A stretch of 64,000 bases of DNA from Phycisphaerales bacterium (GTDB lineage Bacteria > Planctomycetota > Phycisphaerae > SM23-33). Positions 18,290-26,869 of the stretch are shown in pieces (within the stretch, counting starts at the first letter, position 1; each line of letters starts with the position of its first letter). Below the pieces are notes generated by a model. That model was not told the DNA's origin. It saw nothing but the letters and a program-made list of their open reading frames with translations, and did not search any database. The position numbers were made by a program, and so were the translations under genes. The stretch spans positions 84,238-148,237 of the forward strand of contig JABGPZ010000069.1 of assembly GCA_018644725.1 (NCBI GenBank). The letters run 5' to 3'.

Positions 18290-19705
18290 ATGATGAAACG
18301 ACTGATTGTTTTGACGCTTCTACTGGCCGGAGTTGCTGCACAGATGTCTCCCCCCGCGATGGCGCTGGGCCGATATGATCGCACGCAAAAATGGTATTGT
18401 GGGAACACCCACATGCACTCGTTCTGGTCCGATGGCAACCACTTTCCCGAAATGGCCGCGTCGTGGTACAAGAACAACGGCTACCAGTTCGTCGTTCTCA
18501 CCGACCATAACAATCGTCCGACGGAAGAAGGCTGGAAAGATATTTCTCGTTACAAGGCCGAGGATCCCGCCGGGACGCTCGCGAACGAATTCGGCCACGA
18601 TCACGTCAAAACCAAGCAGGATGCCAAAGGCAAGACGCTCCATCGCTTGCTGAGTTATGATGCGGTTTCGAAACTGGTGAATGCTCATGGGGAATTCCTG
18701 TTCATCCCTGGCGAAGAACTCACGAGCAAAGCGGGGCGCAATCCTGTCCATATGTCCGCGATCAACACCGGCAAGACCATCGGTGTGGTGCAAAAGGGGA
18801 CGGTTCTCGAAACCGCCAAGGCCAATGCCGCCCGTGCTCGCGCTCACGAAAAATCGTACACGCCGCCCAATACCCTGCGCCAGATGGATCACCCCGATAC
18901 GCGACCTTTGTTCCTCCAGCTGAATCACCCCAACTGGCGCTGGGACATGACGGCCGAGGTGCTCGCCGCGACGACCGACGCGGATGGCTTTGAGCTGATC
19001 AATCCCGGGTGTCATAATCTGGGCGATGCGCATTCGCCCTCCACCGAGCGGATGTGGGACATCGCTACGACGTTGCGCTTGAAGGAATTTCTCACCAAGC
19101 CGATCTGGGCTGTCGCGTCCGACGATACGCACAACTATCACGACTTCGAGAAAAACGCCACCAAGGCCAATCCAGGCCGCGGCTTTGTCATGGTTCGCAC
19201 TACGGTCCTCTCGACATATCACATTTCCCAAGCACTCAAGGTCGGCAACTTTTACGCCTCGACGGGTGTGGTTCTCAAGACCGTCGAATTCGATCCCAAA
19301 ACGCGCGAGCTGACGGTGGAGGTTGACCCGGCCGATGGCGGCAAGAGCTATACCATCGAATTCATCGGTACGTCGAAGACTGTTTCGATGGACTCCACCC
19401 CCGCGCCCGCGCATCGCGATAAGAGCAAGGGCAAGGGCAAATCCGTCCCGCGGAAGATCACGCGCATCTATTCCAAGGAGATCGGCAAGGTTCTCCAGAC
19501 CGTCAAAGGCAAAACCGCCGCGACGTTCAAGCTTCCCGCCGATCTGCTGTATGTGCGATGCAAGGTGACCGACACCTCGCACAAGGGGTACACTTGGCGC
19601 GGCGAAACGATCCCGCGCGCGGCCTGGACCCAACCCGTCGGCTGGGAACCCGCACTGGCGGAACTCAAAGCCGCCGCAAAAACCAAGGCCAAAGCGAAGA
19701 AATAG
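18290..19705 (+). CDS. Secreted PHP-domain (polymerase/histidinol-phosphatase-like) metal-dependent phosphoesterase
   Basis: Signal peptide MMKRLIVLTLLLAGVAAQ…AMA, then GNTHMHSFWSDG (PHP HxH motif) and further His/Asp-rich blocks. AAGGAG RBS before ATG 18290. Confidence 0.6.
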   Translation: MMKRLIVLTLLLAGVAAQMSPPAMALGRYDRTQKWYCGNTHMHSFWSDGNHFPEMAASWYKNNGYQFVVLTDHNNRPTEEGWKDISRYKAEDPAGTLANEFGHDHVKTKQDAKGKTLHRLLSYDAVSKLVNAHGEFLFIPGEELTSKAGRNPVHMSAINTGKTIGVVQKGTVLETAKANAARARAHEKSYTPPNTLRQMDHPDTRPLFLQLNHPNWRWDMTAEVLAATTDADGFELINPGCHNLGDAHSPSTERMWDIATTLRLKEFLTKPIWAVASDDTHNYHDFEKNATKANPGRGFVMVRTTVLSTYHISQALKVGNFYASTGVVLKTVEFDPKTRELTVEVDPADGGKSYTIEFIGTSKTVSMDSTPAPAHRDKSKGKGKSVPRKITRIYSKEIGKVLQTVKGKTAATFKLPADLLYVRCKVTDTSHKGYTWRGETIPRAAWTQPVGWEPALAELKAAAKTKAKAKK

Positions 19706-19723
19706 TCGCCACATCATTGAAAT

Positions 19724-19758
19724 GAAAAAACGCCCGCGAGCAATCGTGGGCGTTTTTT
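19724..19758. terminator. Bidirectional intrinsic terminator between convergent genes
   Basis: AAAAAA-CGCCCGCGA-GCAA-UCGUGGGCG-TTTTTT. An A-run on one side and a T-run on the other serve both strands. Confidence 0.6.
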
Positions 19759-19767
19759 GTGGGTGGG

Positions 19768-20232
19768 CTATCGTTCCAGTGTGTCTGCGGCGGCGAGTGC
19801 TTTGGCGGCTGCGCGGTTGATGGCGTTGGAGGTACTGGTCGCGCCGGAGATGGCATCGACGGGTAGGGCGGATTTTCTCCGATCAGCGAACAGGTCGGTG
19901 TAGGCGGGCCTTGCCGCGCTTCGGCCGTGGGTGGAATTGTAGCGTGGGACCTGGAGGGAGACGATCTTGCCCGATTCGACGGCGATACGCACCGGAAAAT
20001 GTGCGGATTTGCTGCGGACGGGAATCTCCAATAGCCATCCAGGTTTGCCAGAGGAAGTGGCGTATCGCCAGCCTTTGGAAATTCCCGCCGGGAGGGTGGT
20101 CGGATCAATCACCCGCAACGCAGAACCGCCCGGAGGCGGCCCCACGCGCGGGGAGGGAGAAGTTGATGTCGGTTCGCAACCGACGAATGTGATCGTCAGC
20201 AGGGTTATGATGGGAAGTGTATAGCGGATCAT
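19768..20232 (-). CDS. Lipoprotein with FMN-binding (FMN_bind) domain
   Basis: Lipobox LTITFVGC. The C-terminal DAISGATSTSNAINRAAAKA matches the flavin-attachment Thr/Ser motif of RnfG/NqrC/NosR-type FMN_bind domains. Confidence 0.55.
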   Translation of the reverse strand: MIRYTLPIITLLTITFVGCEPTSTSPSPRVGPPPGGSALRVIDPTTLPAGISKGWRYATSSGKPGWLLEIPVRSKSAHFPVRIAVESGKIVSLQVPRYNSTHGRSAARPAYTDLFADRRKSALPVDAISGATSTSNAINRAAAKALAAADTLER

Positions 20233-20253
20233 GATATCTCCCAGTGTGCGATC

Positions 20254-21567
20254 TTAAAAACTCCAGCCGACGCCGAGGTTGAGTTTGTTATCGGGTTTGG
20301 TGGTGGATTTGTCGTCGAGAATTTGGTAGTCGGCCTTGATGACGATCTGTTTTGACTTGGTGGGGTAGAAGTTCACGCCGAGGGTCCAGCAGGTGCGCTG
20401 GGCGGATTTGTTGGCGGCAACGCCGGAGGGCATTTTGTGTTGTGTGTCGACGTGTTCGTAGCGCACAAAGCAGAGGATGTCACTGTCGGCGAGTTTGCCG
20501 GTGAGCTCGCCAGGGCGCACGACGTGATAGCCCGCTTCGACATACCAGCCGAAGATCGCCTCGGCGGTATTGTTGCCGATGGCTTTGGCGTTGGAGATCG
20601 TTTCGTAGGCGAACGCGCCGCGTGCCTCAAAGCGGCGGTTGCGATAGCTGAAGTCACCGCTGAGGATTTTGAGTTTCCCGCCGAGGCCGTTTTCTTTTCC
20701 TTTGTTGGCGTTGTCGATGCCGCCGCAATAGCCGCTGACGCCGAGGCGGAGAAATTCGTCGGGGGTGTCGATGGGTGTGTAGTCGAGTCGGCCGGTGATG
20801 GCGACATCTTGGAAGCTGCCGCGTTCTTTGATGCGTCCCTTGCGGATGCCGTTGCTTGCGTCGAACTTCGAGCCGTCAAGCCCGCCGACGAGATACGCTT
20901 TGTAGGTGAGGCTCTCGCAAATCTCGCCCCACGCGCCGATCCCGTCAACGCTCCAGGTGCTGGGAATGATGTACTTGTCGAACATTGTGCGCTCGACACC
21001 CCAGGTCAGCGGCGGCTCGTGGTTCTCGTTGGTGATGCCCAGCGGCGCGAGCATGCGCCCGGCGCGAAGGTTGAAATTCTTGTGGAGATCGAAGTCGAGG
21101 TACAGTTGCTCGATGGAAATTTCGCCGCCAGCGCCGTCGGTGACGTAGGCGTGTTCGATTTCGATTTCACTGTTGAGATGAATCCAGTCGGCAAAGTCGT
21201 ATCCGACGTAGAACACCAGGCGGTGGATGTCCATCATGTCGCTGCCGCCGGAGTTGGTGAAGTTGGCGTGGATTTCGCCATATCCGCCAAAGCGAAGCTT
21301 CTCGAATCCGCTATTGAGGTCGAGCCAGTTGTCCTTGACGGTTTGGACGTCTTTCATCATGGCTACCATCGTCGAGCGGATTTCTTCGCGCTTTTTGGTT
21401 TCGACTTCTTGCTCTTTTCGGACGGAGGCGAGGTCGACTTGGAGGATGCGGACCATCGCTTCAAGCTGGGCGACGCGGTCTTGGCCAGCCTTGGGAGCGG
21501 CCGAGAGGATTGGGGTTGCCGTCAGCAGGGCCAGGGTGGTAAGAACAATGCGGGTGGAAAATGTCAT
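20254..21567 (-). CDS. Outer-membrane beta-barrel porin (phosphate-selective porin O/P-like) with N-terminal coiled coil
   Basis: Signal peptide, then a coiled-coil segment VAQLEAMVRILQVDLASVRKEQ. Alternating amphipathic β-strands follow, with a C-terminal aromatic residue (…GVGWSF). Confidence 0.55.
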   Translation of the reverse strand: MTFSTRIVLTTLALLTATPILSAAPKAGQDRVAQLEAMVRILQVDLASVRKEQEVETKKREEIRSTMVAMMKDVQTVKDNWLDLNSGFEKLRFGGYGEIHANFTNSGGSDMMDIHRLVFYVGYDFADWIHLNSEIEIEHAYVTDGAGGEISIEQLYLDFDLHKNFNLRAGRMLAPLGITNENHEPPLTWGVERTMFDKYIIPSTWSVDGIGAWGEICESLTYKAYLVGGLDGSKFDASNGIRKGRIKERGSFQDVAITGRLDYTPIDTPDEFLRLGVSGYCGGIDNANKGKENGLGGKLKILSGDFSYRNRRFEARGAFAYETISNAKAIGNNTAEAIFGWYVEAGYHVVRPGELTGKLADSDILCFVRYEHVDTQHKMPSGVAANKSAQRTCWTLGVNFYPTKSKQIVIKADYQILDDKSTTKPDNKLNLGVGWSF

Positions 21568-21650
21568 GCCAGAGACTCCTTGTGAAAAGGGGGGTCATTG
21601 AGTCGCTGGCTTGCGCGGTGCGCTGGCTGGCTACGGGTTGGGTTGGAAGG

Positions 21651-21815
21651 CTATTTTGTGAGGATCAGTTTTTCGTTGCGGGTGATTTGAAGGCGATATT
21701 CATCCCGGCCAAAGTGGATGCGGACTTCGCGGCCACCGGAAAACAGCTGCGAGGCATCATAGGCGACAGCGCGAGAGGGGCGGGGATTGGATTTTTCTTG
21801 TGAATGGTGATGCAT
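21651..21815 (-). CDS. hemP: HemP/HmuP-family small hemin-uptake protein (54 aa), absent from ORF track (<60 aa)
   Basis: Manual translation gives MHHHSQEKSNPRPSRAVAYDASQLFSGGREVRIHFGRDEYRLQITRNEKLILTK. The C-terminus matches the HemP signature (…G.EV.I.H.G..YRLR.T..GKLILTK). AAGGAAT RBS sits 9 nt upstream. Lies directly upstream of the porin gene on the same strand. Confidence 0.5.
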   Translation of the reverse strand: MHHHSQEKSNPRPSRAVAYDASQLFSGGREVRIHFGRDEYRLQITRNEKLILTK

Positions 21816-22082
21816 TGCTGATCATTCCTTGGGTTGGCCTGTTCAGCGGGGAACAGGAGTGTTCGGTCGCTCTCGTTAATGAGAACTTGTCTCAACAGGG
21901 GGAGTATAGCGAGCAGGTTCCGCTTTGTCAACTAATAAGACAAGATTCTATTAAGAAAATTGGGACTAGAGTAGAGCGGAATGAAAGGCAGGCCGTAGCC
22001 TATGGATTTTGGGGCGCGACAGCCGGAAGTTTTCGACTTTGGTTACAGGAAATTTTCGGCTCATCTGTGATTCGTGCGGAGA

Positions 22083-22128
22083 AAAAAAAACACCCCGAAA
22101 CGAGAAGGAGTGCAACTCGTTTCGGGGT
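22083..22128 (-). terminator. Strong intrinsic terminator after sulfatase gene
   Basis: On the minus strand: CCCCGAAACGAG-(11 nt)-CTCGTTTCGGGG (12-bp perfect stem) followed by TTTTTTTTT. Confidence 0.7.
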
Positions 22129-22150
22129 GGGGGTGTTACTTCAATTTGCT

Positions 22151-23560
22151 CTAGCTGCGTTTTTTGACGCCTTTGGTGACGTCGGCCATCCATGCGTTGA
22201 GTTTGACGCGGAGAGCTTTGACGACGGTGGGGTTCTGGGCGGCGACGTTTTTCCTTTCGCCGATGTCCTTCGAGAGATCATAGAGTTGCACGCCTTTGGC
22301 GACGGCCTTGGCGGAAGCTTTCTTTTTTGCGGAGGCACCGGAGGCGATCAGCTTCCATTTGCCCGAGCGGATGGCGATGCCCTTGTTGACGCCCCAGAAC
22401 AGATCGCGCTTGGCGAGGGCCTTGCCGGTGGTCCAATGGTCCATCAGGCTCACGCCGTCGAATTTGCGTTCGGCGGGGAGCTTCGCGCCGCCTGCATCGG
22501 CGAGTGTCACCAGCACATCTGCGCCCATCATCGTCTCTGCGGATTCGGTGCCGGCCTTGATCTTGCCCGGCCATTGCACACATGCGGGGACGCGGTGGCC
22601 GCCTTCGTTGATCGAGCCTTTGCGCCCTTTGAGTCCCCCGGACGAGCCCTCGTGGGCGGGGCCATTGTCGCTGAAGAACAGCACGATGGTGTCGTTCTCG
22701 AGTTTGCATTCGCGCAACGTTTCGAGGACTTTGCCGATGCCTTCGTCCATGACCTCAATCATTTCGGTATAGGCGCGCATGGCTTTTGCGCCTTTGGGGA
22801 CCGCGTCGCGGTCCACGACGAGTTGGCCGTCTTTGCCATCTTTGCGGCTACGCTGGGGAGGGTCGTTGCGGCCTTGGAGCGGATAGTGCGGCGCTTCGTG
22901 CGGCAGGTAGAGGCAGAAGGGCGTGTCTTTGTGGCGGCGGATAAAGTCGCAGCCATATTTCGTGATCAGGTCGGTCGTATAGCCTTTGTCGTCCTCTTTC
23001 TTCAGACCGTTCCACCAGTCGAAATGGCCTTCCTGGTCGATGTGGCTGTGGAAATCAACGTTGCCACTGACGTAGCCGCGGAACTCGTCGAAGCCTTGAT
23101 GCGTCGGGTTGAATTCCTTCGCGTAGCCAGTGTGCCACTTGCCGAAGAGGGCCGTTTTGTACCCGGCGGTCTTGAGGACTTCGGCGAAGGTGACTTCGGC
23201 CTGGTCGAGGCCGGTGTGGCGGTGGGACTTGGCGGTGACCACGCCGGTGATGCCCGAGCGCTGTTGGTAGCGGCCGGTGAGGAGCGCCGCGCGCGTGGGG
23301 CTGCAGACCGCGCCGTTGGAGTGGAAGTCGGTCATGCGCAGGCCGGCTTTGGCGATGGCGTCGACGTTGGGCGTCTTGAAGCGCTTGGAGCCGAAGCAGG
23401 TGATGTCGCCATAGCCGAGGTCGTCGGCGAGGATGATCACGAAGTTCGGTTGTTTACGCAACTCATTCGCGGCGGCGGGTTCGCCGAGGGCGAGTTTCGG
23501 TGCAGCCAGTGCGGCGGCGGCGAGCGAGGTGGTCTTCAGGAAGTGGCGGCGTGAGGTCAT
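22151..23560 (-). CDS. Arylsulfatase (sulfatase family, formylglycine-dependent) with TAT signal
   Basis: Twin-arginine signal SRRHFLKTTSLAAAALAA. Sulfatase signature CSPTRAALLTGR (the Cys converted to FGly) and metal-binding DDLGYGD. Confidence 0.85.
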   Translation of the reverse strand: MTSRRHFLKTTSLAAAALAAPKLALGEPAAANELRKQPNFVIILADDLGYGDITCFGSKRFKTPNVDAIAKAGLRMTDFHSNGAVCSPTRAALLTGRYQQRSGITGVVTAKSHRHTGLDQAEVTFAEVLKTAGYKTALFGKWHTGYAKEFNPTHQGFDEFRGYVSGNVDFHSHIDQEGHFDWWNGLKKEDDKGYTTDLITKYGCDFIRRHKDTPFCLYLPHEAPHYPLQGRNDPPQRSRKDGKDGQLVVDRDAVPKGAKAMRAYTEMIEVMDEGIGKVLETLRECKLENDTIVLFFSDNGPAHEGSSGGLKGRKGSINEGGHRVPACVQWPGKIKAGTESAETMMGADVLVTLADAGGAKLPAERKFDGVSLMDHWTTGKALAKRDLFWGVNKGIAIRSGKWKLIASGASAKKKASAKAVAKGVQLYDLSKDIGERKNVAAQNPTVVKALRVKLNAWMADVTKGVKKRS

Positions 23561-23633
23561 GCGAATCTCCGTGGTTTGCGTTGATGTCCGTGTACATTGA
23601 TCCTGGCTTCTGCGCGCAGAGCTCAGGCATGGG

Positions 23634-23692
23634 CTACCAGTATAACGAATCCCGCCGGGATTTATTCACCCTTCTCGCAGTCATTTTCGGAG
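23634..23692 (-). promoter_or_regulatory. Conserved 55-bp upstream element, copy 1 (78-132 nt upstream of sulfatase start)
   Basis: 47/55 nt identical to 26238-26292. Minus strand reads CTCCGAAAATGACTGCGAGAAGGGTGAATAAATCCCGCCGGGATTCGTTATACTG. It contains the palindrome ATCCCG-C-CGGGAT, a TATACT -10-like hexamer, and a 16-codon uORF MTARRVNKSRRDSLYW. Confidence 0.5.
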
Positions 23693-24709
23693 ATGGTGTT
23701 TCAACTCGTTTGCGAGCAGGCGGGTAAATGTGGCGGCGCCGTCGTGGTTGAGGTGGCTCCCGTCGGGACAGCGGATCTCCCGTGCGGCGGGGATGTCGAG
23801 GAAGTGAATGCTGTCTACGTCCAGCTCGCGCACCATCTCGTCCCACAGCGGCCGATTGGTTTGGTGGATCGGCAGGCGCACGAAAATGACCTGCCCGCCC
23901 GATGCCTTGATCGCATCGATGTCCCGTTTGATGGTTGCGACCTGCTTCCCCCACGCCTCCTTGGCGGCCTGGGTTTTCCACAACGGTGTTTGCTGCGGGG
24001 TCACCCAGCGGATCGCAAGGCGGCGGCCATACTGTTGTTCGAGTTGGGCGGGGGTGAAGAATCGGTCGTAGAACGCTTTGCGCTGGCGGCTGGGCTGGTC
24101 TACCCAAAACGCATCGGGATGGTCGCGCTTGAGAACGTGCGCGAGGCTTTTCCAGCAGGAATAGTTCCATGCGTGGACGTGCTGTTGGAGTTTGGCACGG
24201 ATCAATTCGTTCGCGATTTTTTCGTGTTTGCCGAGATTGCCGAACATGCTGGTGTAGATGTCAACGAGGGGCTGTTGGGACTCGCGCCGGGCGCGGCCGG
24301 GGGAAGGATTGATCCACGCGGGCTCGAACGAGACGATCACCGTGCCGCTGTAGTTTTCTTCGGCGAGATAGTGTAGCGTGGCCTTGGGGTTTTTTCCGAA
24401 CATCGCCAGCAGGAATGTCGGCCGGTCGGGGAATTCCCCGGCAAAGACCTCCGCGTCAAATCCAAGTTGCGCCCGCGAAGCACCCAACATGGCGATGGTG
24501 GTTTTTGGGGCGGGGTGGGCCATCAACCGGTCCATCTCAATCGCCCAGCGGTAGACGCTGTCGCCCGCTTGGGCCTGGGTCGGCCCGGTGCGATAGTACC
24601 AACTCAGCCCCAGCGTGAGCGTAGCAAAAACGATTGCCCCCGTGAGCCATTGCGCACGATAGCCAATCTTCGGCAGGCGGTGGTTAGAACTGGAAATAGA
24701 GGAAGGCAT
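23681..24709 (-). CDS. SGNH/AlgX-AlgJ-like periplasmic partner of the MBOAT O-acyltransferase
   Basis: N-terminal TM anchor. The C-terminal DGSHLNHDGAATFTRLL resembles SGNH block V (DGxHLN..G). The 26-nt overlap with the upstream MBOAT gene suggests translational coupling. The architecture matches AlgI/AlgJ, PatA/PatB and DltB/DltD pairs. Confidence 0.55.
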   Translation of the reverse strand: MPSSISSSNHRLPKIGYRAQWLTGAIVFATLTLGLSWYYRTGPTQAQAGDSVYRWAIEMDRLMAHPAPKTTIAMLGASRAQLGFDAEVFAGEFPDRPTFLLAMFGKNPKATLHYLAEENYSGTVIVSFEPAWINPSPGRARRESQQPLVDIYTSMFGNLGKHEKIANELIRAKLQQHVHAWNYSCWKSLAHVLKRDHPDAFWVDQPSRQRKAFYDRFFTPAQLEQQYGRRLAIRWVTPQQTPLWKTQAAKEAWGKQVATIKRDIDAIKASGGQVIFVRLPIHQTNRPLWDEMVRELDVDSIHFLDIPAAREIRCPDGSHLNHDGAATFTRLLANELKHHLRK

Positions 24710-26108
24710 TGCCTGCTCCTTGTGCGGTCATTTCAGCGAAAATGGCGAAGACCATCGCGCCCAGAATCAGTCCGCGTAGCCATCCGGGCAGGCGGGCGAA
24801 TGTTTCTTCCATCGTTTTGTTTCGCGAGTACCAGTGGACCCCGAGCGTTACGCCCGTGAACAGCAGAACCTGCAGAAGGTGGTGCGTGGGGAGCGTGCTG
24901 GCACAAGAGCTTTGGCCGGTCATGCTGGCGATCATCGTTCCCGCCGCGTGGAAACTTCGCGCACGGAAGAACACCCACGCAAAACAGACGGCGATAAATG
25001 TCAGCGCGCACAGCAGGATCTGCATGGGATAGCTCGCCCAGAGTCGTTGGGGCGCGAACCATTTTCGCAGGAGCTGTTCGAGGACGAGATAGCTCCCGTG
25101 CAGGCCGCCCCAGACGATAAACGTCCAGCTCGCGCCATGCCACAGCCCGCCCAGAAGCATCGTCAGCGCGAGGTTGCGGTAGGTCTTGAGTTTGCTGCAG
25201 CGACTGCCGCCGAGGGGGATGTAGAGATAGTCCCGCAGCCAGGTCGACAGCGACAGGTGCCAGCGTCGCCAGAAGTCGGAAAACCCGATCGCCGCGTAGG
25301 GGAAGTGAAAGTTGTCGGGCAGGATGAAGCCCAGACACAGCGCCGCGCCGATGGCGATGGTGGAATAGCCCGCGAAGTCGCAGAAGATCTGCACCGAAAA
25401 CGCCAGCGTCCCCGCCCACGCGTCGACGAAGGAGTGGGCCGTTTGGAAGTCGTAGACCGATTCGACGATCGGCGCGAGTGTGTCGGCGATGGCGGTTTTG
25501 CAGAACAGGCCGATGATCATCAGCGTCAGACCCCATTGAAATTGCTTGCGCGAGGCGCGCTTGGGCTCATCGCATTGGGGCAGGAAGTCCACCGCGCGCA
25601 CAATCGGCCCGGCGACGAGCTGGGGAAAGAAGGTGACGTACAGGGCGTAGTCGAGGAAGCAGTGCCACGGCGTGGCTTTGCGGCGGTAAATGTCGATGGT
25701 GTAGGAAAGCGTCTGGAAGGTGTAAAACGAAATCCCCACCGGCAGGACGATGCTCATCGTCGCGGGGTGCCAGTCGAGCCCGAGGCTCTGGGAGAGCGCG
25801 ACCAGATTGTTGACGAAGAAGTTGGCGTATTTGAAGTACCCCAGCATGCCGAGGTTAATCCCCAGGCTCGCCCACAGGTAGAGCCGGCGGCGGCGTAGGC
25901 TGTCGCTGGTGTGGATGGCGCGGGCGAGATGCCAGTCCGCAAGGGTCGAAATCCAGAGCAAAATCACGAACGGGGGATTCCATGCGGCGTAAAACAGGTA
26001 GCTGATCAGGAGCAGGAACGATTTGCGCAGCGTCCAGCTTTTCATGGACCGCGAGACCACCATCACGGCGGCAAAGAAGATCAGGAAGGTGAATGAGTTG
26101 AAAAGCAT
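24684..26108 (-). CDS. MBOAT-family membrane-bound O-acyltransferase (AlgI/DltB-like)
   Basis: 474-aa polytopic protein with conserved MBOAT blocks (…WRRWHLSLSTWLRDYLYIPLGG…, an invariant His in a TM region, and C-terminal LWHG). Confidence 0.85.
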   Translation of the reverse strand: MLFNSFTFLIFFAAVMVVSRSMKSWTLRKSFLLLISYLFYAAWNPPFVILLWISTLADWHLARAIHTSDSLRRRRLYLWASLGINLGMLGYFKYANFFVNNLVALSQSLGLDWHPATMSIVLPVGISFYTFQTLSYTIDIYRRKATPWHCFLDYALYVTFFPQLVAGPIVRAVDFLPQCDEPKRASRKQFQWGLTLMIIGLFCKTAIADTLAPIVESVYDFQTAHSFVDAWAGTLAFSVQIFCDFAGYSTIAIGAALCLGFILPDNFHFPYAAIGFSDFWRRWHLSLSTWLRDYLYIPLGGSRCSKLKTYRNLALTMLLGGLWHGASWTFIVWGGLHGSYLVLEQLLRKWFAPQRLWASYPMQILLCALTFIAVCFAWVFFRARSFHAAGTMIASMTGQSSCASTLPTHHLLQVLLFTGVTLGVHWYSRNKTMEETFARLPGWLRGLILGAMVFAIFAEMTAQGAGNAFLYFQF

Positions 26109-26236
26109 GGAGTGGTCCTCAGGGTTCTAATTCACGGAGTGTAAATGATTTCAGGAGAGCTTTCAACCGATTTTCTCACGTTTGACCATCGAGGGGACAG
26201 AGGATTTGCCAGAGGGAATGACCGCCCTGCGAGTCA

Positions 26237-26292
26237 TCAGTATAGCGATTTCCGCCGGAATGGATTCACCCTTCTCACCGTCATTTTCGGAG
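26237..26292 (-). promoter_or_regulatory. Conserved 55-bp upstream element, copy 2 (130-184 nt upstream of MBOAT start)
   Basis: Minus strand reads CTCCGAAAATGACGGTGAGAAGGGTGAATCCATTCCGGCGGAAATCGCTATACTG. Its palindrome TTCCG-G-CGGAA carries a compensatory change relative to copy 1. The uORF is MTVRRVNPFRRKSLY. It sits exactly 2600 bp from copy 1. Confidence 0.5.
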
Positions 26293-26307
26293 GTCGATCC
26301 TGATTCC

Positions 26308-26333
26308 TTCGGTTGGTACTACTGTATAGAAGG
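26308..26333 (-). promoter_or_regulatory. Shared motif B (CTTCTATAYAGTAGTACCAACC), copy upstream of MBOAT operon
   Basis: 24/26 nt identical to 26870-26896. Contains TATACA/TATATA -10-like hexamers. Confidence 0.35.
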
Positions 26334-26858
26334 CTGCGGAACGGCTTGGGGTTTGTGCCAGCCCTCGCGCAGGCCCTGTTGGAGAAAGGCTTCGAAGCGG
26401 GTGTGGAGAGCGGGGTTGGCCTTTTTGAGTTCGATGACCGACTTTCCCAACGGAAGCTCACCGACTCCGAACTCAAAGTAGATGTGGCTGAGGATCGATT
26501 CCTGCTTGGCTTTCGGCAGGCGGTCGAACGCGGCGTTGAACGTCGTGGGTTTGCCTTTGAAGATGATCTTCATAAGGTCTGCGCAAAAAAGTTCAGCAGG
26601 TCCGCCGTCGACTTCCTCACAGATTGACAGAAAGTCGTAGGTGACATTGGGGTCGTCGGATTCAATCACGACCTCGGTCAGATAGGATCGTCCTTCCAGG
26701 TCCGAAGACAAGCAACGGAATGCTGCGCCCAGGAGTTTTCCATCGGTAGGGCGATGTGCGGCCGGGGCGGTGGGGGGTGCGGGCTTGTTCTTCCCGCCGC
26801 AGCCAGCGAGGATTACAGCCGAAATTAACAGCGCGGCGAATGTGATTGTGCGTTTCAT
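26319..26858 (-). CDS. Hypothetical lipoprotein (179 aa)
   Basis: Signal/lipobox MKRTITFAALLISAVILAGC. AAGGGAG RBS sits 6 nt upstream of ATG 26858. Motif B lies immediately upstream of the RBS. Confidence 0.5.
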   Translation of the reverse strand: MKRTITFAALLISAVILAGCGGKNKPAPPTAPAAHRPTDGKLLGAAFRCLSSDLEGRSYLTEVVIESDDPNVTYDFLSICEEVDGGPAELFCADLMKIIFKGKPTTFNAAFDRLPKAKQESILSHIYFEFGVGELPLGKSVIELKKANPALHTRFEAFLQQGLREGWHKPQAVPQPSIQ

Positions 26859-26869
26859 GTCAAACTCCC

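Noticed and set aside
21665-21931. 88-aa minus-strand ORF from the track between porin and sulfatase
   Set aside because: It is in a different frame from the better-supported 54-aa hemP-like ORF, and it has no RBS or motifs.
21800-23554. 584-aa plus-strand ORF opposite the sulfatase gene
   Set aside because: Antisense to a clear sulfatase (CSPTRAALLTGR). Its composition is Gly/Ala/Val/Arg-rich with no recognisable domain.
24684-24709. 26-nt overlap between the MBOAT gene and the SGNH gene read as a frameshifted pseudogene junction
   Set aside because: Both reading frames are intact with full-length conserved domains. Overlap-coupled translation is common in this window.
23638-26292. Exact 2600-bp spacing of the two conserved elements read as evidence of a tandem duplication of the whole segment
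   Set aside because: The intervening 2.6 kb (the SGNH and MBOAT genes) has no counterpart downstream of the second copy or upstream of the first. Only the 55-mer is shared, so the spacing is treated as coincidence.
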